Shown: in pieces, positions 37,833 through 48,650 of the stretch | Numbering within the stretch: position 1 is the first letter of the stretch | Layout: the number at the start of each line of letters is the position of its first letter | DNA from: Eutreptiella sp. 'Long Island Sound 2002' | Lineage: Eukaryota > Protista > Euglenida | DNA: 64,000 nt | Assembly (NCBI GenBank): GCA_964036045.1 | Contig: OZ038378.1 | Span: 173,228,001-173,292,000, forward strand | Direction: 5' to 3' | Made by a program: the position numbers and the translations under genes | The notes under the pieces: model-generated | What the model saw: only the letters and a program-made list of their open reading frames with translations | What the model was told of the DNA's origin: nothing | Databases searched by the model: none

Positions 37833-38572
37833 GGGGGCGCCTCAAGCGCAGTGCGCGCGCAGTGCAACTATTTGGGCGTCTGGCCGTGCTAGAGACCCAT
37901 ACTTTGAGATACTAGGGGCCCCTCGGGGCATCATGGTGACCCGTAGCGGAGGTTTTGAGTTCTGATTTTGTCCCCCTTTGTTGGGGACCCCAAGAATGCA
38001 GGGGTGATGTAGTATTTCCGCCCTCTTTTGGGCCCCAACCTTCCGGTTCTATTGAGGAAACCGGGACAATCTTTGAATCCACGCTTGAACAAACAAACGG
38101 AAGACAAGATCCTGGAGATGTTGCTCCATGTGCATGAGAAAAGCACCGGAGCTCACCCTCTTGACCCGCAAAAAGATGGTGTTGAGTGGTGGATTAAGCG
38201 TTGTGGTGGAACTCGGTCCCTAAGGACGCAAATCAGTTATATGGGTATTGATGCCCACTCTGCCGAGGAGTTTTGGCTAAAGTATGGGCATGACGATTTA
38301 CTTCCACGCGAACATTTGTTCCGCTTCTTTTTCTTCCTCAAGCACACTCCACCTCAAAGGTGTGCTCATCTCCTCTCTGGAGCAACAGGGTGCTCTGAGG
38401 AGGCTTGGTGGGCAAGTGTGCATCGTGTTCGTTCTTACTTGAATGGTGTTGTCGCTGAAATTTGATGGGCAGTTTGGGTCACCTAATTCTAAGGGCGTTT
38501 CCAAGGGGTGTGCTTGGGGGCTCTTCGGGGGGAACATAGTCTAAAAGTAGCGCGCAGTGCAAAGACTCCCCC
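37833..38572 (+). mobile_element. Non-autonomous PIF/Harbinger-like element, copy 2 (740 bp, TSD TAT), carrying a transposase-HTH-like ORF
   Basis: GGGGG...CCCCC termini with imperfect TIRs (gcagtgcgcgc vs gcactgcgcgc), flanked by TAT at 37830-37832 and 38573-38575. Terminal blocks are homologous to 35067-35738. Confidence 0.78.
38028..38465 (+). pseudogene. Fragment resembling the N-terminal helix-turn-helix of PIF/Harbinger/ISL2EU transposases (no DDE domain)
   Basis: LPREHLFRFFFFLKHTPPQRCAHLLSGATGCSEEAWWASVHRVRSYL fits the L..L.fLK.y.t...a..fg.s..t...wv..v...L pattern by eye, and it lies inside an element with a 3-bp TSD. Confidence 0.45.
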
Positions 38573-38714
38573 TATGCATGTCAGTGTGTATCCCAGTGTG
38601 TATCCCAGACCCTTGGGCGACCTACGAGAAGCAACCGACAGGCCATGAATTCTACATGCCGGTAAGTGGTTGGTCAGGAGTGCCCCCCCCCCCCCCCCTC
38701 GCCACATATGTCCA

Positions 38715-39749
38715 CATATGGTCGATCCTTTGCCATCCCGCTCTGAATCATCCCATCAAGTCACGTTTGCTTTGGACGCGCTAAGTTGTTCACAGTGGCA
38801 TCCATGGACGGCTCCGAGGTCGGATCGGAATTGATCCGCACCCATGTCAGAGGCATGACCGCATCAGCCACCACTGAAGGAGGCTTCTTGCGTCTTGCCA
38901 GAAGTCGGAACCCATGCAAAGCGGGCACAAGGACCATTTGCAAGGGGTTTGAATCCAGCAACGCATCCACAGAGGTCGCCACCTAGCCTGACGGTCCGGA
39001 GACAGCCCCAGCAGAGTGGCCGGACGCCCTACAGCCTACAGCCCCATGCCCTAGGGTTGACTATGAGCTTTTCAACGGTAGCAACATTTGTATACGCTCT
39101 TGGAGCTAGAATTACCGCAGCTGCTGGCACTAGACTTGCCCTGCAGTTGATGCTTGTTGCTATGTTTGGATAGTATTCATTGTGGAGTCCCACCCACCAC
39201 ACAGGGTGAGTAGGGCTGCTATGGCTCGTCGCTGTCTCGCCAGACCAATGTCGGCAGTGGACAACTTGCGCGCCTGCTGCTCGTCTTGGCAATGGTAGCC
39301 GTTTCTTAGGCCCCCTCTCCGGAATCAAACCGTGATTTCCCGTTACCCGTGATAGCCATGGTGGTCCACTACACCACCAACCAGAGTTGATAGGTTAGAG
39401 ACTCACACTATGGAGCATTCATGGTAGAACCATCTTTGCCATCACAGAAAATCGCCTTAATCACCCTTGCACGCTGCCCTGTACGGGCACAAGTCTTGAT
39501 ATCGGCCAACTGCTAGTGACTTGGAATGGGCCACAGCTCTAGGCTTTCATGTATTAGCCACCCAATTGAGGTGAATATCCGGACCGATGTCACAGGGGAC
39601 CACGAGAGCCCCAAGCAACAAGTGCACAATCATCAGATTGTCGCCGGTGTAATGAGCCATTCACAGATTCACTCTCAATCCCATGTATGACACTTGCATG
39701 GCTTAGTCCTTGAGAGAAGCATATGACAACTGGCAGGATCAAGCAAAAT
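38715..39749 (-). pseudogene. 5'-half fragment of a euglenozoan SSU (18S) rRNA gene, truncated after V4 and degenerate
   Basis: The reverse complement reads TTGATCCTGCCAG...TCATATGC...CTAAGCCATGCA...GATTCCGGAGAGG...GCAGCAGGCGCGCAA...GTGCCAGCAGCTGCGGTAATT...ACTGTGAACAA. It stops at a poly-G tract with no 3' half, and shows substitutions in universally conserved motifs. Confidence 0.9.
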
Positions 39750-41364
39750 CACTCGACTGCATCATGCCCAGGAGCGACCATCAAACCCGGGGGACCGTCA
39801 CTTGGCAACAATCCACCCTGCAGTGTGGAGAAACCGTCGTCCTTGGGGGGCTGGACATGGGCGGGGAGGGTACAAAGCTCATGGCCCTTACAACCCTTCA
39901 ACCCTATTGCCCCCCAAAATCCTCCCACCATCCACAAATCCCCTACCCCCTCCCCATTGCAAGATCAAAGGCAAAAGCATTGAATTTGAGGGAAACAACA
40001 CTTATTGTTGCTCTCACGAGGGCGCTGTTCGTGCATGCTGCTAGAAGACACCAACAGTGACAATTGCGTCATGAATGTACGAGCCGCCAGGCAATTCCCC
40101 AATCTCCACCTCCAAAGGAGAAGAAGTGGTGGCAGTGTGTGGCATGATAACAATCAGTACACCTAAAATACCACCCCCAGCCCCAAATCACACAAAAAAG
40201 AGCCTTGGTCTTCATAAACAACCTACAATAGGAATCGCCAAATCCATGGTTCCAAAAGTTGCCACAACAAACTCGCTGATTAAGGTCCTACACGCTGTGC
40301 ATACGAGGGTTGGCTTAGAGGCAGGACGGGACTGGGCCGCCGGGCCACCTCCAAAAGTTGCCAAAACAGGTCAGCCTATTTAGGTCCTGCACGCTGTGCG
40401 TAGAGGGGTTAGCGCAGACACAGGACTGGATGTAGCTGGGTGTAGCCTCATGCCGTCTCCCTATGCCTCCCCCTTTGTATACACACCATGAGGGAAGGAT
40501 CCGCGCCAGGCACTCAGGTGTCCTCGCAACTGGACCTGCATGGCCCTCACCCAGGGCCTCCGATCCTCTTGGGAGCATCGACGCTCTCCCCCGCCCCTCC
40601 TCTTGTGGGGACGTCACATTCGAGGCCGACTTGGTGAAGCCCAGGGCGAAGAGGCCGCGTGATACGGCAGAGCATCCCAACTCTGTGGCTAGTGCCTTCT
40701 TTGCCCTAGTGTTCCCTGCCACCCCATGGCCCCGCTTGGACTTGCTCGGTGTTGAAAGCCGTGGTGACCCAGCATGTCCAAAAGTTTCCAAAACAATACC
40801 GAACATTGTTGTGACTAGGGTGTTGTTCCTGCAGGGGAGGGTGAAACCCAGCAACTCAGGGAATTGGATGAATTGGCCAATGGTTCCCAGCTGCCACCAC
40901 CCCAATTATCACTATCAAATAGACCTCTCGTTTTTTGAACCAAGGACAGGCGTAGTTGACTCAGTACTGCCCTGCTTTGGTGTACATGGCTGACTGTTTT
41001 TAAAGAGTGCACACATGGGCACCTTTGAGAATAACAAACATAGAATGACATTCGGGAATACGTGCAGAATCAAAGGCAAATGAGGCAATGCACTCCACAC
41101 CCTAAAAAAGGTGCATCTTTATGATTTAATTCAGACCTGGTTGAACCTAGAAAAATCGAAGGGACGGACAGAACAAACACGTGATCTACACATATTCTGA
41201 CTCAACGAACAATATTTGTGTGTGTGCGTGTGTTTGCAAATACAACAGAAAGAGAAGGCATTTCTTTAAAGACTTGTGCAGAACCAAAATCACACACCAG
41301 GGCAGGCTGATTTTTGTGCTTTGGCAATTTTTCCTTTGAACCCCCCCCCCCCTTTGTATTAGCT

Positions 41365-41676
41365 ACGCCCTTGTCCAAGCTACAGTAGGCGTAGGGACCG
41401 TAATAATTTTGTACGTAATTTAGTTATGCACGAAATGTAGTGTGGCCACATGAGACATGGGTTTGTCGTCACATTTGCCAATTTCAGCACATGTGCCCCC
41501 CTGCTGGTGCACAGGGAATTTTTTTTTTTTTTAGTCTGATGCAGCCCATAGGTGCTGAATTGCCAATTGCAGCACATGTGGCCTGCGCACGTGTGTGTCG
41601 GCGGTTGTATGTGTTGCGCGCAAGCCACGCCCTGGTCCAAGCTACAGTAGGCGTAGGGACCGTAATAATTGTGTAC
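41365..41676 (+). repeat. Pair of ~50-bp direct repeats (41365-41414 and 41627-41676)
   Basis: acgccct.gtccaagctacagtaggcgtagggaccgtaataatt.tgtac occurs twice with 2 mismatches. Confidence 0.85.
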
Positions 41677-42309
41677 ATTGGCATAGCTTATACAAAGGGG
41701 GGGGGGTAGCATTATTTGTGTATCTGGCTGGTGGTGCAGTACCCCCCCCCCCTTGCGCAAGAGAGAATTGTAGCGATGACCATATGGCTGTGACACGGGG
41801 GGATAGGCGAGCTCTGAATCCGTTGCTTCATGGCCTTTGCGCGCTGTGCGTTGTTTTCTGACTTTCAGCATGCTGGCGCAAGGGGTTTGGGGTACCAATG
41901 CACTGTGGCGAGTCATTCAACACTCAGCATTTCAGTGGCAGAGAGCTCATCTTGACAAAGGCTCACCAGGACACTAAAAAAAATTCTCAATAGTGCAGTT
42001 CCTTGTGTTTGTTCAGAGCTGCTGCGGAGCCAAAACGCACCTGTGGTACTTCCCCTGATGAGGATCTTATTGTGCTAGTGTTCTGCGCCTGGCCTTGCCT
42101 CTCATACCCCACAAGCCTCTGTACAGGTTGAATTTTGCTGCCGGCAGTAGCAGAAGTAGCAGCAACAATATTGGTTTGGTGGGACCTCTAACAGTTCATC
42201 TGCACTCCAACGTGGTGAAATAGGGACCGTCAGGTAACATTGATGAGATGCTTTGCAGTGTGGGCTTTTGCTTTTCATGTGCGCTGCTCGTTAACAGATT
42301 TTTACCACC

Positions 42310-45300
42310 ATGAACAAGAACGGCATCCTTTTGGCCCTGGTGTCGGTTGGTTTGGCGGCTGGTTTGGCAGCATATGTGCGGCCAGGCGCGCAAAAGAGAA
42401 AGGGTCCGCAGGGTGAGGCCAAGTTGCTGAAGGGTGCAGAAGTTGCCAAAGAAATTCGTGAGGACATCAAGAAGGAGGTAAATCGTTTGTTGCCTTGGCA
42501 CTGTGAATGTTGCCATGTTTCGTAATCAGTACATCTTTTCCAGACTTGTTCTTTTGCTCCAAACCTGAACCACCCACCCTCCTTTCCACCTGAGCTCTTC
42601 GTTTATTCCCTCACATCACTGATGTGTAACGAAACCCTCTGGCACTGTTTTAACAACACAAGTGAACAAATGTTCTGTTGGAGTGAGCATGCCGAGACGT
42701 CCATACAGACAGTCCTGAAGCGACAAGCATATTTCTGATTGCATCAAGGGGACCCACATTGTGCCACCTACAGACATGTGACATCAGATATGTACATTTG
42801 CGAGATGAGCACCAAGCCCCCATGCAACATGTCATCAGCACCAGCAAGTTCTTCACCTTTACCCCTTCGCAACTGTCGACAAGACGAACTGCTGTGGGAA
42901 ACTGGAACTGGGACTTCCAGACATATGAAAACCTCATTTTTGATGGTACTGAGAAACAGTTTGCATCACACCCATTTGGAAGGTGACTTTGAATGTTGTT
43001 GCAAGGGTTGATGCACATACTGCTTTTCAGTCTCAACAGCTGAAAAATCGAAAATTCCAAACCGATTCTTTGATAATCTGACCACGCACATGATGAGGTG
43101 TGGTGTGCGATAGTATGCACAAAGTCGCCCCCCCCCCCCCTACCTGCCCCCCCCCCCCTAACCCCCCCTACCCCCGCCCCCTACCACACGTACCATGGGG
43201 CAGTTCACGCCCCTTCGGCGCTCCGCGTTCCACTGGTTGCACAAGTAAACAATGTGAGCGGCCCATTTTAGGGATATTGGCCAAATATTGTCACTTCGCG
43301 TCTACAACATGCCGACAGTGTCTACTTACTTGTGGCAGACAGTGTCTACAAACTATAGACCGTCTTGGTGTGGTGCACGGGTAAACGGTGTTAGCAGCCC
43401 GTTTTTTGGAAGAGGGGCGTCGGCGCCCTTCCTTAATATTGTCACGTCGCTCTACAACATCCCAACAGTGTGTACAACTAGCAGACCGTGTCTACTCGTA
43501 GCAGACAGTGTCTACACACTACAGACCGCCTTGGTATGGTGCACGGGTAAACGCCACCTTCTGCAACAAGTGATGCATGAAATTTCTGTAATGTGTAGCA
43601 TCCAATGCTCATTGTGTTTCATTCAGGTTGAAGAATTGAAGGCAGCCAAAGGCATCACTCCAGGGCTGGTGACCATTCTAATCGGTCAAAACCCTGCCTC
43701 AGAGAGTTATGTCCGCGCCAAAAGCAAAACCGCCGAAGAACTTGGCTACTTCTCGATTCAGGTTTGGAAAGGGCCAGTGAGGGTTGTTGGGGGCTGTCGA
43801 CAGGTTGTTGAGAGTTGTTGAGGATTTTTGGGCGTTGGTTAGGGATGCAGAAGCTATGACTGAGACTGGAAGCAAAGTCCTGGACATATAGACATATAGA
43901 AGGCTCTACACGACAGTCATTATCGTTCAACCGGCAAATGGGACCCCACTAGAGCATCCCCTCTACCCCCCGTTTTCGCTGGTGTTGGGCGATACAAGTG
44001 CGTGCGCGGAATGACGAGCTTGTATCAAGAAAGGATGAGCCCCTGGTGCGCAGAAGAACCATTTGCACACAGGTGTGGCTTTGAGGTCCGCCAGCGTGCT
44101 GCCAACATGCATAGAGGGCAGAACGCACCGTATGCGATGAACCTGCTCAAGGTGGTGTCTGTCTGAGATGTTGAAGGTCAGTAAGGGGTATTGCTTTCTG
44201 GGCCCAAGAGTGGCTTTGGTGCCAACAGCCCTTCAGATTTGCTGCCAATATGTGCCCTGTATTCAGGACAGCCAGCCTGACGATATCTCTGAAGCAGATC
44301 TGCTGGCTCTTGTGGACAAGTACAACAATATGCCCGAGATTCACGGCATTCTTGTGCAGCTGCCTCTGCCCAAACACATCAATGAGGAAAAGGTGCGATG
44401 ATTGGGAACACAGTGTGACATGGGGCTCTGGGGTGTGGGTCCTGTACCGCGGATGAGTGGCATCAAAAGCGATACGCCCCTGCAGACTGCTTGAAGCGCC
44501 ACAACCTGCGCAGAATGCAAGTTCTTGTGTGCGTTTTCGGGGCTGTTCCACAAAGGCTGGTGGGCTGCCTTGTAGTACCGTGGTCGAGGGGGGCGGCAGT
44601 GTGAGGGGGGGCGGGGGGCGATACTGTGGGTAATAGTGGACTGTCTGTCACACTGCACACGATTGCAGCCCTCTGCCCCCACTCTACAGCACTCTGCGAC
44701 GTCCACTCCCCTGCCAGCACTGACGGCTTCCCCTTAAGTCAGTCCCAGACCATGAATTCTGTGAACCCCCCATTGCAAATGATGCGGGAATGTAACACAG
44801 GGCCAGAGGATTTCGGATCACCAAGTGGTACACGTCAGTTGTGCGCTGCAATTCGGCACGGGGGAGGTCGACTGTCGGTATCCCAACCCGACCACACGAG
44901 CAGAGTGGCGCATACGGCGCAACCACAGTGCATTTGGCACATGCCTGGGGAGGTTTGCGGGTCGATACGGGGTAGAGGGCGGAGGAGGACAGAGCGGGCA
45001 GTTGCTGTGGGAGCCATGGGTCAATGAAGATATTGTCGAGGGTCTAGCCCAAGGGCTCAGGTGTTTGGGCCTGAAGACGAAAGCTTGAATCCCGATGCGA
45101 GGGCAGGATGCTATGGCGCCCGCGCCCGCACTTGATCTAACAACCTCTCTTCGAGGTGATGTGGACGTGCTGGAGGCCATGACACGGCTGTGGCGAACTC
45201 CGGTGCAAAAGCCCACTGTGAGGGAGATGCACGAGATGATACGCGATGTGGGCCTCGTACTCCAAGGCTAGAGGGAAAGGGTGGCGGTGGAGAGTCAACC

Positions 45301-46792
45301 TGAAAAACTGGTTGTCCTGCCTGGCAGGGATGGGCCTGAGTGCGAATGGCCTGGGTTCCCCTAGACACCCCCATCCCCCCTGAAGGCGTCCCAGGGGAAA
45401 ACACCCTCCTTGCTGGACCGAGGCAGGGAGCTACAGCGGCTCCAGCACACCCACCGCCTGCTGCGCCAGTAGTGTGGGACCATCCGAGAAAAAAGCACCA
45501 GCACCAGCGCCAGCACTTAGAACCCACAGCCACCAGAGACTTGTGATGGGGCCATGAATGGTTACCCCGAGCTTATCTCGCAAGAGGCCCGGGGCGAAGG
45601 TTGCTGCGCATAGGGCTTTGGAGGGGCAGGTGCCAGAGGTAAATAAACAGGGGGAAACCGCATAGGTGTGGTGCCGTACGACATGAGGCAAGAAGGTGCC
45701 ACCGCGTCCCAGCCTCCCGCTGTGCTAAAGCCACTGCCCGGTACCGTTCCGACAAGGCTTGGACAAAAGTGCCTGCCGATGCCACGGACACAGGACCGAG
45801 GGGTGGGGTGGGTGCGCGCCGCAGTGCTGGGAAGGTTCCAGAGGGCATGGGGCCAAGCACCAAGCTCCTGTAGTCGAATGAGCACCGAATGGACCTGCCG
45901 TTTCGCACGACTGCCGCTGCTGGGGAGCCTGCAGGGCGGTCAGCCGCCTTGGGTGCCTTACACATGGCCCACCGTCACTCACCTGCACGACAAGGCCTCT
46001 CGGAGGCTTCTACTACGTCCCCAAAAATTTAGGATAGGAGACTGAAGCTTTCCTCTTCAGCAGCCCAACACCTGAACCCCATGGGCTGAACCAAAATTTC
46101 AAGAATGTTGGGTGTTTTCATTTTTGTTCTCTAAGTACATTGAGGTTTTTTTTCCCTGGCATATCCCGACACATAAAGGCCACTGGCACCCAATGCACGC
46201 AGGCATAATTTTTCCTGTTCGCCTTCAGGTCCTGCTGGCCATTCTGCCACAGAAGGATGTGGATGGTTTCCACCCCACCAATGTCGGCAAGCTGCTCATT
46301 GGAAACGCCAATTTCCTGCCCTGCACTCCTTATGGGGTTCAGGAGCTGCTGGTTCGCTCTGGCACACCGCTCAAAGGTGCTGAGGTTGTGGTTGTAGGCC
46401 GGTCCAACATCGTAGGGAAGCCCATCGCTGCCATGCTGATGCAGAAATGTGCAGCTGGGAATGCCACGGTGACTGTCTGTCACACTGCTACTAAGGACGT
46501 CGCTTTCCACACCAAGCGGGCGGACGTGTTGATTGTTGCTGCGGGGGTGGCGGAGTATATCAAGGGAGACATGGTGAAGCCGGGTGCTGTTGTCATCGAT
46601 GTTGGTGTCAATGAGGTGGGCAAAACAGCCACGGGAAAGCGCAAGCTGAAGGGGGATGTAGCATTTGAGGAGTGTGCCAAGGTTGCATCTGCTATCACAC
46701 CTGTACCTGGTGGTGTTGGTCCCATGACGATCACCATGTTGATGAAGAACACCCTGAAGGCTGCCAAAATGGCCAATGGCATTGATGTTTAA
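42310..46792 (+). CDS. folD: Bifunctional methylenetetrahydrofolate dehydrogenase/cyclohydrolase, 330 aa (exons 42310-42477, 43627-43761, 44267-44392, 46229-46792)
   Basis: Three phase-0 GT-AG introns restore a full FolD with [53 protein letters not shown] and VPGGVGPMT motifs. Confidence 0.95.
43284..43553 (+). repeat. Two diverged ~105-118-bp direct repeats in FolD intron 1 (43284-43388 and 43435-43553)
   Basis: Both run aatattgtcac...ctacaacat...gcagacagtgtctac...agaccg.cttggt.tggtgcacgggtaaacg. Confidence 0.85.
45111..45560 (-). mobile_element. Possible decayed retroelement RNase H remnant in FolD intron 3
   Basis: With one frameshift the minus strand reads [21 protein letters not shown]...FAPEFATAV, resembling the xTDGS...GxGxA and AEL motifs of retroelement RNase H. 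It lies in a GC-rich block. Confidence 0.25.
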
Positions 46793-48239
46793 GAAGGACA
46801 GTTACAGACAGGCAGAGTTGTATTTTCTTGCCCTCCTGTTTCTTGTCCATAGCCTTGATATGGTTCACAGTTTCCTTTGTTTTATGCACGCCCTCGGGGA
46901 ATTGCAGAATTTCCGAAGTTCCGAGAGACATTTGTACCACAACATGGGAAGAAACTCACTGCTCTTTGCACCAGTGGCATGGTTTATTTTAGTGGTTCAT
47001 AGGTTCCTTCCACGGACCTCTTTTGTCATCTCTTTAACAACGATGCTAATATTTCAGCCTCCTTTGAGGAAGGAGGTTGGAAGGTTTGAGTTTGGAACAT
47101 TTGGTGCCTGTGTTGTGAAAAATTCACACATTTAGGTGGGTGGCTACAACACCTAGGGTTCAAGATGGCCCCAATTAAGGAGGTCTGATTCTTGGTAGAT
47201 GGCCCCCAATACAGAAGCTTGATTCTTGGCGAAACGTGCGTAATCAATTACTGCTCCATATTGTGTTTAAAATAAAGGAGTCAATATTGTTTGCCAAATC
47301 ACCTCAAAGAGTGTGGTAGATCAAGCGCAGGCGCGATTGTGATCTTCCCCCCATTGCAGCAGTGTTGCAGCATTTATGAGTCCAATTACCTGTGATGGGC
47401 AGAGAAGTTAAAAACCTGCGTTTAGCTGCATGGTCCATCGATCCAGTTTGCAGACCTCATTGTGTGTGTATTCTGTGGAGTCTTCTTGGGGTTTTGCTCT
47501 GGTGCAACCATTATCTATTCATCTCCTTTGCAAGTTGTGAACAATGTGCTGACACACTGTCTGTTTTGTTGGCAACGATTGCAGGTCTCGTTGTTGTATC
47601 GTTGTTCATCAAAACCTTTTATGCAGGAGAGGCAATTGGTCCTGTGCACAGTTGTGCACCATTGCGACGTAATTCCGTGATTATATACCATATTTGAAGC
47701 CCTGCTGAACCTTCACTGTGCAGTCAGCAGATGTCGACTCATCCAGCCCCCACCTGGTTGGTGGCAATTGAAGAATGCAAAACACATTCAGTCATGAATT
47801 GCCAACCCTCACTGTTTGCACAGCTCTCTCTCCGCTTCCAGGGGAGTTTTCAGATTTTCATCGAACTTTGTTTAGGGTAAACCAAAATGGATTGATGTTG
47901 CATGATTCTTGATTGTGCCGTGTGATGTATTGTTGCTTTGCCGAGTATATTGGTGACGCAGTGTTGGGATTGCTTTTTCAGCATGTATTTCATGGGTTTG
48001 GTGCAGCTTTGCGCAGCATGGAGTTTCTTTGGCTGCTTTCTCCGTTGCACAGAGGTGCAGAAGTGCTTTTGTGAAGTGACGTATTTCTGTTGCAGCAGTG
48101 TGATCTCTGCCTGCCATCCGCATGTTTCTAGGGTCATCAGGTCGGCTGGGATGGAGTCATCTGCAAAACAAAAGTGTGCTGCATTGTTCCTTGACACCCA
48201 CACGCAAGTTTTTAGTTGTCGGGGGAATGTAATCATTGG

Positions 48240-48272
<33 letters not shown>

Positions 48273-48288
48273 AACAACAACAACAACA
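48240..48288 (+). repeat. (AAC)n microsatellite with one AAT interruption
   Basis: Directly visible. Confidence 0.95.
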
Positions 48289-48470
48289 TCCATAACCAGT
48301 TCCTTGTATGAAACTACTCGACATTCAGTGGTACCTTACCATACCTACTTACCGTGTGTGTGTGGTGGTTTGTTTTTTGGCGCTGTGGTGGTGCTGTGCT
48401 TCATGCTTGTGAGTGCGCTTTAGTGGTGGGGGGTTGTTCAGGTTCAGGGGTTTAGTTCAGGGGGCCAGGT

Positions 48471-48650
48471 CCCCGACCTTGCGGCCGGTGCTCTTGCTGG
48501 TGTCGTTTCCGCGTTCGCGGAGCCCAGTGGTTGGTGTGTTGGGGCTGCGCTGAATGTGACATGGTGTGCCGTTTGCGCGTTAGCGGCGCCCAATAATTGG
48601 CGTATTGAGGATGTGCTGGTTGTTGCTGATCTAACATCCCCCCCCCCCCC
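48471..48650 (-). repeat. Dispersed repeat family A, variant subtype, inverted copy
   Basis: Its reverse complement matches 2012-2182. Confidence 0.85.

Noticed and set aside
47392-48060. Hydrophobic ORFs suggesting a small membrane protein
   Set aside because: Two competing frames, no consistent exon chain and no family motif.
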